64,000 nt of DNA, from contig NC_043001.1 in the NCBI RefSeq assembly GCF_006345805.1, positions 12,896,001 through 12,960,000 on the forward strand, read 5' to 3'. This DNA comes from Octopus sinensis (Eukaryota). Position numbers and translations under genes: made by a program. Within the stretch, counting starts at the first letter, position 1, and every line of letters begins with the position of its first letter. Under the pieces are notes generated by a model. That model did not search any database and was not told the DNA's origin. It saw nothing but the letters and a program-made list of their open reading frames with translations. Shown here piece after piece: positions 50,700-63,810 of the stretch.

Positions 50700-51700
50700 C
50701 ACCGAAGAAAAGCAAATAAAAAAAAACAAACATGAAATAGCAGACGATAATGAAGAAAATGAAAATAACAACAACAGATAATAAAACGTCTACAATGTCT
50801 GTTAAGCTGAAAATGGCGATGACAAGTATTTATGGGTCTTGCTTTCTTGTGTAACACCACACTAGATATGATTACATTCCTCAGGTGTCCTTTGTTCTCC
50901 GATACTAATATATAGTTTGCCAAATACATGTCTCTTGCTTTGACTTCGCCAATATTTTCAGTTGTCTTCCATTATCACGTATTGTATTTGCTCTTAAGAG
51001 ATTTCTTAATGTTTTAAACTTTTTATATGAATCACATTTGTTTGAGTTTCGGAAATTGTATTTGAAGAATCTGTTGGAGCAAACTATTTCCTTTGCAGTT
51101 GCAGTAATCTCTGTATATATTACCTTGTTTAGTCTGGTCTTGAGATATTGATAGACATCCTAGACTTTGGTTTCTACCTGGTTGCTTCTGGTGATTTTTG
51201 CAGTATATCATATTGTGGTTCCTTCATTTTTCTTTTTGTTATTTACCTTCGGCATGTGCCTTCCTTCCTACACCGAAGGATTTATTCCTTCTTAAATTCT
51301 GTTACTATTTTAGTCGTTAGATTATCAATATCTATTTTTTAAATTCTATATTTAGATATGTGCATTGTCAAATGTTCGTTTTTATTTTTTCTAATTTCTC
51401 GTATTTCTCATCCGATTCTGTTACACTATATTATGCAGCTCTTCTAAGGTTTCGATTATTTACGTTTATTTTTACACTGTTCTACAGGTTTTATGGTTGC
51501 TTGTGATTTATGCGTTCTCAAAGTCGTTATTTTCCATGAAAGTTCTCTGTTCGTTATTCTGGTAAACATCTATCATTATTTGGTTTACATGTTCTGTTTT
51601 TATTTCTTGACATTTCTCTGCATATAACAATGTAACTTTCGCTAACCTTACGTGTCGATAATGTCACATACAAATCATTGTTATTTTTCGCTCCAACTTT
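50700..51700 (-). mobile_element. Possible very old non-LTR (R4/Dong-like) ORF remnant
   Basis: Lys/Asn-rich minus-strand fragments (EITATAKEI…NRFFKYNFRN…YLANYI…ENKGHL) loosely recall the pre-RT region of R4-clade proteins; no catalytic motif seen. Confidence 0.3.
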
Positions 51701-51944
51701 CATCCGATTGTATGTGTATAATTTACGAAGGCGTTAATGTAAGACATTGATGTAGATTTCTAACGTATGCCACATGGCCCAAATAATATCTTTTTGAATC
51801 TGTTCATGAGAATTGAGGAGTTAGAATTGCGGTCCTCTATTTATGTTATCACAATTTTCCTTAACCATCACTTATGGCAATGTAAGATGTTGGAAACCCT
51901 TCTTTTATATATTATGTTCAAAATGCGTTCTTCCTTATTAATCT

Positions 51945-52138
51945 TTTCTACTCGAGACACAAGGCCCGAAATGTGGGAGGGGCAGTCGATTAGAACGACC
52001 TCAGAATGCAACTGGTACTTAATTTATCGAACCGAAAGGATGAAAGGCAAAGTCGACCTTGGCGGAATTTGAACTCAGAACGTAACGGCAGACGAAATAC
52101 CGCTAAGCATTTCGCCCGATTCTGCCATCTCGACGCCT
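51945..52138 (-). mobile_element. SINE family B variant
   Basis: Central domain ggtacttaatttatcgaaccgaaaggatgaaaggcaaagtcgacc and B head. Confidence 0.8.
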
Positions 52139-52631
52139 TGTTCTTCATTATTAATAAATCTAAAAGATATAATGTAGTTTTATTCGAAGTATTTGTAATT
52201 TAATTTTTTATTCGAGGGACAGAATGGCAAATCACCGAATAGTATAAACATCCGCCGTACTCTAATTAAATAAGATAATTATCAACTTAATATAAATTAG
52301 CAAAGCCTTACTCCCCAATAAATATATATAAGCATGTCTTTCGATATCTATTATCATTTGGTATTACATCTATACATAGATAATCTTAAGATATATATAT
52401 CGAATAATAATTGCTATTTTTGTATCAAATATGACACTTTGACATTTTATATGTCGACCAAGAAGATACATATAAGATACTCTTGAATTGCCTCATCATT
52501 GAAAGTTATATGTGTTCTGTTTCAAATGTTATATATTGTCCTTTCCTTGAAACAAAGATTTAACCACCTCGTCGATCTTAAGGTGTCTAGTGCTAACAGG
52601 GATAATGGCGGCTTTGCAACACATTTATATA

Positions 52632-53174
52632 TTGGGTTGTCCGGAAAGAAAGGTCAATAGATACTTGCCATTACATTTTTAATCGAGCAAATATGAACCA
52701 TTTTGTCGCACAATGCGTCTCCATCTTTCCTATAACTTGAAAATACCGTCTTCCCAGAATTAAGGTGATTTCATGGCAAAGAATTCATCAAATTATCTTT
52801 GTTACATCCTCCAAGGAATTAAAATGTTTACCATTAAGACGATTCTGCAGAGACATGTATAAGTGGAAATCCGAAGGAGCAATATCTGGTGAATATGGAG
52901 GGTAGGGTAACACATCCCAGCCGAGCTGCAGCAATTTTTGTCTGGTTACTAAAGCATCGAGTGCCGAAAATGAACTTTCTTATCTTCCATTTTAAAGGGT
53001 TACAGAATTAACACAGTTTATAGGAACATACATCTTCTTCCACGAAAAGTTTCCACGAAAACTCTGCTCTGAATGGAGGTGTAGACAAATCCTATTTTAT
53101 GGACTCAACCATGTTCTAAAATAAGTCAAAATGTAAGCTACTATAAATCGGCACGAACTTTCCGGACAACCCAA
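52632..53174 (-). mobile_element. Internally deleted mariner with both TIRs and TA TSD
   Basis: TA|TTGGGTTGTCCGGAAAG … CTTTCCGGACAACCCAA|TA; minus strand MEDKKVHFRH joined to VTRQKLLQLGWDVLPYPPYSPDIAPSDFHLYMSLQN…FWEDGIFKL*ERWRRIVRQNGSY. Confidence 0.92.
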
Positions 53175-53675
53175 TATTTTGTAATTAGGAACGTAGATTA
53201 AGGTAATTTCCAAATTTTTGACGTACCTCTTTATCATCCTGGTATCATAGAGGCAAATAAACTTGATTAATTGTATACATTCCTCCCTTTACGTTAATCA
53301 ACACAGTATCTCTTTTCAGAATGTTTCTTCTTTATTTCTTCTTCTGTTTGAATTTATGTTTCATTGTCATAGCACTGTTTCACATACTGATATCTAAACT
53401 GATTTTCCAACGTACGAATTCTAGAAAATTAGTCCAGGATAAAGTTTTCATAGAAAATGTCAGCATGCATTTTCGAACTACATGCGTAATACATCACGTC
53501 CTTCAGCACACATATATTATACATACAATGGCGATGCCTTATATGCCTACATTGTTTCTCATGTATATTTTTCGCCTTGTCTAATCCATGCTCTTCGTAT
53601 TAGGTTTCAACCGCTATCATTAAATATCATTTCCTTAGGCAGTGGAATTTGATCGAATTTGAAAAGCTTTCATTA

Positions 53676-54196
53676 CCGTAAGTCATCGAGTATAATCCGT
53701 ATTTTTCCAAAAAATTTAAAGGTCAAATTCCCTAGTGCGTACTATATACGAGGTTAAAAATGAAAAATATTTTCTAAGCAATGTCCGAGTCTCTATTTGC
53801 TGTCCGGCAATGCTTATTCAGACGCATTTTGTGAAGTAGGGCACGAAAATACCTTAAGCTAAGCCTGAAAGCAATGAAGTCATAAAAGAATCATCCCTAA
53901 CTTGCAGTAAACAACATTTATTAAAATAAAATGATTCAGAACACAGAATAACATGTAACAAACACAATTTGCAAACATATTTACATTTCCATATAACAGT
54001 TAAGAACATCATTATTATTGTATTACGCATGCGCGAAAGTGTTTATTCAACTAGGTGCTGGTGGCTTAATTACGCACTACTCATGTTAGAAAAAGGGTGC
54101 GTATTATACACAAGGTTTAGAGTTTTCAGAAGTACAGCTTCCTAAAAATCCCCTGCGTATTATACTCGAGGTTTGATTATACTCGAGGATTTACGG
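53676..54196. mobile_element. Tc2/pogo-like non-autonomous DNA transposon
   Basis: TA|CCGTAAGTCATCGAGTATAATC … GATTATACTCGAGGATTTACGG|TA (2 mismatches); subterminal tgcgta(c/t)tata repeats. Confidence 0.85.
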
Positions 54197-54934
54197 TATT
54201 TTGTAAAACAACGAAAATAAAGTTTCAATTCCTCTTGTTTTCAAACTCCGAGGACTTCATCATAATTTCCTTCTGTCAGTCTCCTCTGCCCATACAATTG
54301 CCAGAACACTTCGAAAGCAACAAACTTCCATAGGCCTCTCCTCCAAAACTGTCTTTTATACGTTAAAACGTTTCTCCTCCAAGTTTTCTGCTGAAAAATA
54401 CCCTCTCAAATGTTGTCTGTAGATACAAATCTCTGTAAACCGACAGTCATTTCCTTGTTTTCTACTAACACATTCTCAACATTCTGATTTGTCCATTAGT
54501 TAGTCCAGTGATAAATTTGAAGATGAATACTGCTCTTGACCATATGACAGTCACGGTGTATTTTCATTCAGACTCATGTGTTATGATTCAATCAAAGAAC
54601 ATTTTCTTATTACTGAGTTGCAAATATACTTAACACATTTCTGACAAAACCATACTGTAATCCATACAAATCTAGCAACATATTTAAGATATAAACATCA
54701 AAGATTCGTGTTTATTCCTGGTAAATCATACACAAATTGGTTGATAATATACGTTTTATTATTCTAAAGATAAATATTAAAATTCGACTTATAAAATAAA
54801 CATCATAAGTAGAATAACCGCAAATATATGGCTTATATTGATAGTGTAAGTTGTCTGTTGAAACTATCAAACGGAATTTTACTAGTTGTGTACAACATGG
54901 ATTGAACGATATATATACATATACATACGTATGA

Positions 54935-54967
<33 letters not shown>

Positions 54968-55324
54968 ATATATATGATATATATATATTAGTATATATAT
55001 GTATATAGATGTATTATATATAGATATAGGTATATATATGTATAATATATAATATAGTATATATATATATATATATATAATATATGTATATATATAGATA
55101 TATGTCTATATATATATATATTATATATAGATATATATATGTATATATATATATATATATGATATATATATATATATGTATATATTATAGATATATGTAT
55201 ATATATATTATATGTATATATATATATATATGTATATATATAATGTATATAATATATATGTATATATATATATGTATATGTATATATTATGTATATTATA
55301 TATATGTATATATATATATGTATA

Positions 55325-56160
55325 AGGAATACACTGGACCCGGAGGGATTGCAATCCCAGAGGCACAATCAGTGCGTGACTGGGTATTCACATGAGTGAT
55401 GACGCGACCTTTCATGTACATGTTGCTAAACTGACAGTGAAATGCAGACGCCTGGCTGGATGGATTCTTAGAACCTTTAGAACAAGAGAACAAGAAACCA
55501 TGATGGTCCTCTGGAAGACACTTGTCCTAAGTCACTTTGACTATTGCTCTCAGCTATGGTCACCATCCAGTTGTCAAGTTGATCACAGAACTTGAGGCGA
55601 TCAACGAAGCTACACGAAGAAGATACCCTCTATGCAGAATGTGTAAGCTACTGGGAAAGACTCAAGAGATTAAAAATTATATTCCCTGGAGCGTAGGCGG
55701 GAAAGATATGCCATTAATATACATCTGGAAGATCCTGGAGGGAAGTGTCCTGAACTTTGGCATCGAGAGTTACGGAAACGCCAGAACTGGGCGCCACTGC
55801 GTGGTGCCTAGGACTCCAAACTTGCCATAAAGATGTAGGACAAGATTCTGTGATAGCCTGGGCTTCCGAGGCCCACAGCTCTTCAATCCTCCGATGAACC
55901 TGAGAGACCTGCATGGGGGATACAGATGTCTTTAAAATGGAGCTGGATCTCTTCCTGTCAGGTGTCCCAGATGAACCAACTTCACGGAAGGAGGAGGGGC
56001 AGATGAGGGCAGCTGCATCGAACTCTCTCATGCACCAAATAGCAGTTGCTAGAAAGCCTCCATGAAGTGAAACCAGTAGCAACACCAAATGGCGGTGCCC
56101 CAGCATGGCCACAGCTCATGAGCTGAAATGGAATCAATCAATCAATCAATCAATCAATCA
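55325..56160 (+). mobile_element. 5'-truncated CR1/L2-group LINE (post-RT region, 3' UTR, (AATC)n tail), frameshifted
   Basis: QSVRD(L)GIHMSDD…AGWILRTFRTR…LWKTLVLSHFDYCSQLWSP…ELEAI…SYWERLK…YSLERRRERY…WKILEG; (TA)n-rich tracts on both sides. Confidence 0.88.
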
Positions 56161-56429
56161 TATATAATATGTATATATATATATGTAATATATATATAAT
56201 ATATATTTATATATATATATTATGTAATATATATGTATATTATATATATGTATATAATATATATATATGTATTATATATAGATAGGCTATATATATATAA
56301 GGTATATATATATATATATGTTATATTTATATATATATGTATAATATATATATATGGTATATATATATATATGATATATATATATATATGTATATATATA
56401 ATATATATGTATATATAATATATATATGT

Positions 56430-56467
<38 letters not shown>

Positions 56468-56481
56468 ATATGTAGATATAT

Positions 56482-56521
<40 letters not shown>

Positions 56522-56539
56522 TGTAATATATAGTATATA

Positions 56540-56581
<42 letters not shown>

Positions 56582-56583
<2 letters not shown>

Positions 56584-56875
56584 AGAAGTGATAAGACGAC
56601 AAAAGAATGAGAGAGACCTCGATATTACGTAAATAGAGGAATTTATCTGTAAATATAGTAAGTGACAATTATTCGATAGCCATGGCAAGACCTCCGAGTT
56701 TCGGATGTCGGGGCTTACTCCCTCCCCTCACTTAGCCGTCATTCAAATAGCTCTTTTGTCTTCATAACGGTCAATCACACACGGCTTTTTCGATGGCCGG
56801 ATAACTGTAGAGATGGTGGCGTGGGTTTCTGCCCCGACATCCGAAACAATTATGGCGACAGAATAATTGTCTATT
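56582..56875. mobile_element. Rearranged pLTR fragments related to the 4505-5276 PLE
   Basis: gagagacctcgatattacgtaaatagaggaatttatct matches 4560-4600; ggataactgtagagatggtgg…catccgaaac matches the hammerhead arm; 17-bp perfect inverted repeat gtttcggatgtcggggc/gccccgacatccgaaac. Confidence 0.7.
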
Positions 56876-56956
56876 ATTATATTTGCAGATATATATATAT
56901 GTATATAATATTATATATATATATATATATAGATATATATATATATATGTATATAT

Positions 56957-57361
56957 ACTCTTTTTTTACTCTTTACTTGTTTCAGTCTTTTGACTGCGGC
57001 CAAGCTGGAGCACCGCCTTTAGTCGAGCAAATCGACCCGGGGACATATTCTTTGTAAGGCCAGTACTACTTATTCTATTCGGTCTCTTTTTGCCGAACCG
57101 CTAAGTGACGGGACGTAAACACACCAGCATGGGTGGTCAAGCAATGAGGGGGACAAACACAGACACACAAACAACCGCATATATATATATACATATATAC
57201 GACAGGCTTCTTTCAGTTTCCGTCTACCAAATCCACTCACAAATCATTGGTCGGCCCGGGGCTATAGCAGAAGACACTTGTCCAAGATGCCACGCAGTGG
57301 GACTGAACCCGGAACCATGTGGTTGGTTAGCAAGCTACTTACCACAGAGCCACTCCTGCGC
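56957..57361 (-). mobile_element. SINE family A copy
   Basis: Full unit. Confidence 0.9.
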
Positions 57362-58041
57362 ATATTTTATATATATATATATTACTCAAAGAAATTCCAA
57401 CTATGAGTCTCATGTTTATTTAGAATATTATAATAATTAAAAATATAAGATGATAAAATATAATGAAAGGATAGAATATTAAACGTCCATTCTGATTGAA
57501 CAATTATTTTCAGACATTAAACAATGCAATCCTTGGTTTCATGTAGTAGAGGTGGCAGTTATGCTTTACAATTTACAACTGTAGTGAGAAGACGAATCTG
57601 TGTGCCTTAAATACGTTTGTCTAAGCTCCAGAATGCTAATTTTTGCAAACTGTACTCTGACCAATCAGTGTATGATTTTACTACGTTACTTAAGCTGACT
57701 GGTGTTTGGACTAGGTGTCACGGTTTATTGAACATGTCCTGAGACCTGTATTTTGACCCTCGCCAAATCAGTAATTGTTGGGCTATTGTTAGAAGTGTAG
57801 ACCGCTTTTTCCAAGGATTTTTTACATTTCAATTGTCATCATCATCATCGTCATTATCATCTCCTTTATTATAGTTGTCGCTGTTGTTGTTGGTTGTTGT
57901 TGTTGTTGTTGTTAAGCAACAAGACGGGTAAGGGTGATTAGGTGATGGTCTAGGGCTTAGGGGTAGGTGACCCCAGATCTTGGAAAGAAACTTTGGTTTT
58001 CTTGTTGTTGTCGAGGGCTCTTCGTTGACGCCCGACACCAC

Positions 58042-58104
58042 TCAGAGGTGGCCCTCGAAGTCGCGGGAAATGGAGATCTCCAGGTCGAAATTCTTGAACA
58101 GCTG

Positions 58105-58136
<32 letters not shown>

Positions 58137-58151
58137 GGTTGGTTGCGCTGC
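58042..58151 (-). CDS. Candidate terminal coding exon of an unidentified host gene: xSATNHHHHHQQQQQQQLFKNFDLEISISRDFEGHL*
   Basis: ctaactgacAG acceptor, in-frame TAA just upstream of it, and 17 of the last 19 codons end in G/C in an AT-rich background. Confidence 0.45.
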
Positions 58152-58159
58152 CTGTCAGT

Positions 58160-58304
58160 TAGGCAGCACCGGAGAGAGATAGAATGTCATTTGCCATTGA
58201 AATGCGAGCTAGTGAACATGGTATTATAGTCGTCTGTGGTCGTCTTCATCTCACAAACTCCGTTCACCAACTACTTATCCTTGTAGGATTTTAGTATTTA
58301 TAAT
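58160..58304 (-). mobile_element. Diverged LTR fragment homologous to 60190-60336
   Basis: gatagaatgtcatttgccattgaaatg…ttatagtcgtctgtggt…ggattttagtatttataat is shared by both sites. Confidence 0.7.
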
Positions 58305-58626
58305 AAACGCTGCGATAATTATAAATACTGGAACCTGCGTGAGTTGAACTTGTACCCGGAGCAAAACGCTTGTGACCAGAAGACGACGACCGAAAAGACT
58401 CCCTGAGAGTCAGGTAACAGTCACGACCAACATACCGGCATTATGTAAAACATCAACCCTTTCCCCATCCATATAAATCTTGTGATTGGAAAGAACACTG
58501 TTTTTACAATCCTCCGTCAAAGAAAACTGCCTCAAACCATCAAAATCTGTGACCTCCTTAGAATTACACAACCAATTAAACAAAGTTCCCTCCTCCCTAG
58601 CAAACTCTATAAAAGTCTGAGAAGCT

Positions 58627-59067
58627 TAGGAGTGGCTTTGTGGTAAGTAGCTTGCTTACGAACCACATGGTTTAGAGTTCGGTCCCATGCGTGGCACCTT
58701 GGGTAGGTGCCTTCTACTATAGCCTCGGGCCGACCAAAGCCTTGTGAGTGGATTTGGTAGACGGAGACTGAAAGAAGCCCGTTGCATGTATGTATGTAAT
58801 ATATATATATATGTGTGTGTGTGGTGTGTGTGTGTGTGTGTGGTTTGTGTGTTTGTTTGTGTGTCTGTGTTCCCTCCACATCGCTTGGCAACCGAAGCTG
58901 GTGTGTTTGCCTTCCCGTAACTTAGCGGTTTGGCAAAAGAGACCGTTAGAATATGTACTAGGCTTACAAAGAATAGTCCTGGGGTCGATTTGGTCGACTA
59001 AAGGCGGTGCTCCAGCATGGCCACAGTCAAAATGACTGAAACATGTAAAAGAGTAAAGTGTAAAGAG
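58627..59067 (+). mobile_element. SINE family A copy (diverged)
   Basis: Full unit. Confidence 0.85.
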
Positions 59068-59069
59068 GG

Positions 59070-60343
59070 TCCCTGTTATAAGCATTCCTAAATTTTTATC
59101 GATGAGCTTCGGGCACGAACACATAGGCTTTTTGAAGGGGCATCCTAACCAGATCGTAATCTGAACTTTGCTCTATACATAAGGCCGAAAATGTGGCCTG
59201 AGCTTCACGGCTCACATGACTCCTTAGACCACTTCAGGTTTCCAACAAATTTCTTCAAAATGTAGAAAATACTTGTCCCCCTCTCTTTCATTCAAAGTGG
59301 GAACTGGTCTGGCATGTCTCGCAACTTCGAAACTGGATGGGTGTGAGGGAGGAAAAGAAGTTTCCAACTTTTTAAGCTCAGTTTACCTTTCAATTTCAAT
59401 CTTTGTAAAGTCAATTTCTTTTGTTAATTTTTTCCGTTCCAATTGAACCTCAAGCCATTTTATTTCCCCCATGGTCGGAATGTTCTTCATTTACATTCTC
59501 CAAAACATCGACTCCGAAGACCCCTTCATCCACGAAGTGATTCAAAGCAATTTCTAAAATCTGAAATTGCATCATAGCAGGTTTAGCCTCAAGTTGGAAA
59601 TGTGCAGAAATTTACAATAGATCCGATTTGCGCAAGGGTGGGAGATTTAAGAAAGTCCTCTAATTTACAAGATTGTATTTTCTTTTTTCATTTATTTATT
59701 TTAATTTTTTTTTGGGGGGGGGGGTTTCAGTTGAAATGTTTGCAAAGGGAATAAAAGATTATGCAGAAAAATAAAATGGATTTCTGATGTTTTTTTGTTT
59801 TTTTTTACAAAGTATCTCTGAATATCAAAATGAATTCGATATCTCGGAGGAGCCCCCAATGTTGTTACGGTTAGACAAAAGGAAACAGCAAATAGAAGAA
59901 ACAAGTCCATAATAATTCAGTTATACACTGAGAAAGAAGTGTCAAAACTTACATGGAATTCAGCGATAGCTGTCATAATATATTAGAATTCTCGGCACAA
60001 ATCCGTCACAAAACATTAGAGTTAGTCAGTCCTTGTTGGTAGCAAATCAAGTGTTGGAGATACAAACTCGTCACAAAATATCAGAGTTCAAATTCTCAAT
60101 AAGCCAGTCAAAATAAAAGGGATATCTCTATCTTCTAGTGTTGTATGTTTACTGTGTATGTCATTTGCAGTAGTAAGCCCTTAAAAGGTGATAGGCAGCA
60201 GCAGAGACAGATAAAATGACATTTGCTATTGAAATGTCAGCTGGTGAAAATTGTGTTATAGTCGTCTGTGGTGGTCTTTATCGCACAAAGCCCTTTGATC
60301 AACTATTAATCCTTGCGGGATTTTAGTATTTATAATTGTCACA
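59070..60343 (-). mobile_element. Decayed Ty3/Gypsy element: LTR (59863-60343), tRNA-Pro PBS (59841-59858), gag remnant
   Basis: LTR TGTGAC…GTAACA; PBS TGGGGGCTCCTCCGAGAT is 16/18 to the tRNA-Pro complement TGGGGGCTCGTCCGGGAT; gag FEVARHARPVPTLNERE…DKYFLHFEE…IEQSSDYDLVRMPLQKAYVFVPEAHR*KFRN. Confidence 0.85.
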
Positions 60344-60721
60344 GAACAGCGAGAAGAAGAGACATATCGCTGATAACAATGGGGGGAGAAAAACTGCTGT
60401 GTGTGATTCTTATCTATTTTCCGCATGATATGGCATAGAACGGGTCACAAGGGTCAAGTATAAAATATATAAATCAGATTGGAAGGCCATGTATTGAGCG
60501 CCACTGCTGCCAGCCAACGTATTTTCTGCATGAAAATACCGTTGTAACATTGAAGGGTGTTCTATAGATTCGGGTTCGAATCTACAAGCCCAAACGAAGT
60601 CCACTATTTCGTTTTCTTCCCAAGGAAAACACATTTTCGTAACAATATATGTACATACATACATATATGTATATATATATAGAGAGAGAGGAGTGAGAGA
60701 GAGGGAGAGAGAGATTAGTGT

Positions 60722-60960
60722 CAATGACTCAGTGGTTTGAGCCTCGAGCTTACGATCGTGAGGTTGTGAGTTCGATTCCTAGACCGGGCCGCGTGCTGTG
60801 TTCTTGAGCAAGACACTTTATTTCACGCTGCAGCAGTTAACTCAGCTGTAGAAATGAGTGGCGTGGAGAGAGAAGGGTGGAATGCATGGACGACTGCTGG
60901 CCTTCCACAAACAACCTTCCCAGATTTTGCCCCGGAGGGTAATTTCTAGGTTCTATCTCA
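60722..60960 (+). mobile_element. SINE family D-related copy
   Basis: tgactcagtggtt…gagttcgattcc…gtgttcttgagcaagacactttatttcacgctgcagcagttaactcagctg. Confidence 0.7.
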
Positions 60961-61019
60961 TGTATATTCATGACACGAAGGTGAGGTCCTCCTCCTCCTC
61001 GTATATGCATATATATATA

Positions 61020-61280
61020 ATATATTAATAAATAAAACATATGCATATATATATATACATATATGTACGTACCTACCCCTACATGTATATATACACGCAT
61101 ATATGAGTACAGGACACCAAAAAAACGTCGAACACCATGAGAAACGAAAACATAGACACAAACCAAAGGAACTGACATTTTTTTAAACAACAAAGAAAAT
61201 AGAGTACAGAACAAATAACACAAGGAAAAAACCCCTTCTTCAGTCGCCATGGTTTCATACTCTACGTTTCGAAGGTGATG
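61020..61280 (-). mobile_element. Solo copy of the 13975/14835 direct-repeat (pLTR-like) family
   Basis: gtacaggacaccaaaaaaacgtcgaacac…ccccttcttcagtcgccatggtttcatactctacgtttcgaagg. Confidence 0.8.
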
Positions 61281-62429
61281 TAAATATGCGTGTGAGTACA
61301 GCGTTGTTTTGCAAAAATCCACAAAACTTGGCTTTTTCAAAAAAACGAAATCAATAGTTTTACTACACTTGACAATTTTTAATATGTTTTGCATCTGATG
61401 TAGCTGGAATACGATATTGTGACCAAGCAAAAATAGTTTGAAAGCAGAAGTAAATATTGAAAAAAAAAATGCCATTTGATCAAATTTGGACATGCGACAA
61501 TTTAACATAATACTTTTCTCTGATTATATAGTATGTTGCTCATCGCAGACGTACCGCCACTACTAGAGACTCAACCCTTCATGGCTTCCTAATCAATAGT
61601 TCACAAACACATATTTCAACTTAAAGTTACCTGGTATGAGAAAGATAAATGCTACTAAGAAATATGCTTACATTTAATTAACGTTTTATATTTTATCGGC
61701 TGAATACCTCGATTTACTACCGAAATTCTCTAAAACGAAACGTGCTGCAAGTCGTTGTTTTAACACCAAGCACAGATAAATCAATATAAGCTGTGATGAT
61801 GTATGGCATAGCAAACGACATCCATAATCTTCTTATAGTTAATATAGATTATCAGATAAACATTTTGAGCTTCCTAACTATAAAGTTTCATTTATTCTAA
61901 GTATAAATTATATTAAAGGATGCGATGCATACAACCGGTAACTTTGGCGTTTAAAAAATATATAATGCATTTCAACGAATCGATTTAAAACGATTACAAA
62001 TGGAAATTTGATTATATCTTCTTGTAATATTTGATAATTCCGTTCCAATAACTGGATTAAAGAGTGCAACAGTCTACATTCAAATACAGTAATCTATAAG
62101 TAACAACCCTTCTATAAAATTCCATATTGTTTTGTTTTTTTTTGTTTTGCGTCTTCTTGTATGGCAACTCGCCACTGCAGCCATACAATAGTTGAAAATT
62201 CAAAAACGATGACGTGACAACAGTGTTAAGAGAAGTAGTGTCTGCCGTGAATGTTACGCATACAACCGATACGGGTTTGAATTTGAAGTGTTTCACAATA
62301 TATTGCAGATATTAAGCCGATTACTGTATATCTAAATATTGATGTAGTACCAAAATCTCTTATGTAAATACCCAATACAACGCACACCAACGCGCACACT
62401 ATATGCAAAGATAAATGGGAATGTAGATA

Positions 62430-62468
<39 letters not shown>

Positions 62469-62490
62469 ATAATATCTATATATATATATT

Positions 62491-62563
<73 letters not shown>

Positions 62564-62793
62564 CGTATACATATATGTATGTATGTATATATAAATATAA
62601 TCTATGGCCGCAGATATATATTTATCTATGTATATGAAATATAATATATATTATATATATATATATATTAACATATATAAACACATATATTCTATTTGTA
62701 TATAAACGTATGTATGCTTATACATGAATCTACACATGATTGTGTGCGTGTATATATATATATATATATTATATATATATATATATATATATG

Positions 62794-62829
<36 letters not shown>

Positions 62830-63779
62830 ATATATAGATGACTGTTTTTACCGTGTTAACAATTAACACGGAAAAAATAAATAAATAGTACCAGGCAGCA
62901 AAGTGGAATTTTCGAAACATGTGTGAAAATAAAAAATATTTGATTACACCGCGTTAACTCCATTTTTTTATTCTATATATATATATATATAGATAATATA
63001 TATCAATATATATATATATATATATAATATATATGAATTTATAGCATTGTGCTTGTGTGTTTTTGTGTATGTACATTGAGTAGAATTCTGAATGACGCAG
63101 CATAACAACCACTGATTTGAATCCGTTTAATTCCATGTATATCATATTTCCAATTATATGTTTAACATAGTTTATCGTACGAGTTTTTGTGGAATTACAT
63201 ACCTACCATTAGCGTGGTTAATATGTATATGTACATCAGAAATCCAATCATGCTGATCACTTCACGTACGTTCAACGTTATTTGCGGAGTGCGTTGTGCA
63301 GGTCAGTCAACTCCACCTAAGATCTCTGAATGCCTGTTTGTAATGGTAAACAGCAAATGACTCCCCATGGCACACAAGCATAACCTTACTTCGAATTTAA
63401 ACAGAAGGTGCAATTTCATGCATGCATAACATCAGGCATATGCATGTATTTATAAGCAGACGTAAAAGTTTTAATGGAATGCAACGGAAGGATGTGTATT
63501 TGCTCAGATAGATAGATATGTTTCTTTATTAGCCACACAGGACTGCACACAAACAGGACAAAATTACAAGGTAGAGCTTTTCTTTTGGGGGTAAAAGAAG
63601 GGGGTTGGGTTTTCGATCAAAAGGGATCGTAAATGGAAAGAAAGACGACAAAAAAGGGGGGAATAAAATAAAATATTAAAAGAAGGGGAGGTGAGGAAAA
63701 AAGATAGATAGATAGATAGATAGACATATAGACAGATTGGTAGCTAGATAGATAGGTAGGTAGTTAGATAGATAGGTAC

Positions 63780-63810
<31 letters not shown>

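Noticed and set aside
57950-57970. gggcttaggggtagg as a telomeric seed
   Set aside because: Only one TTAGGG unit.
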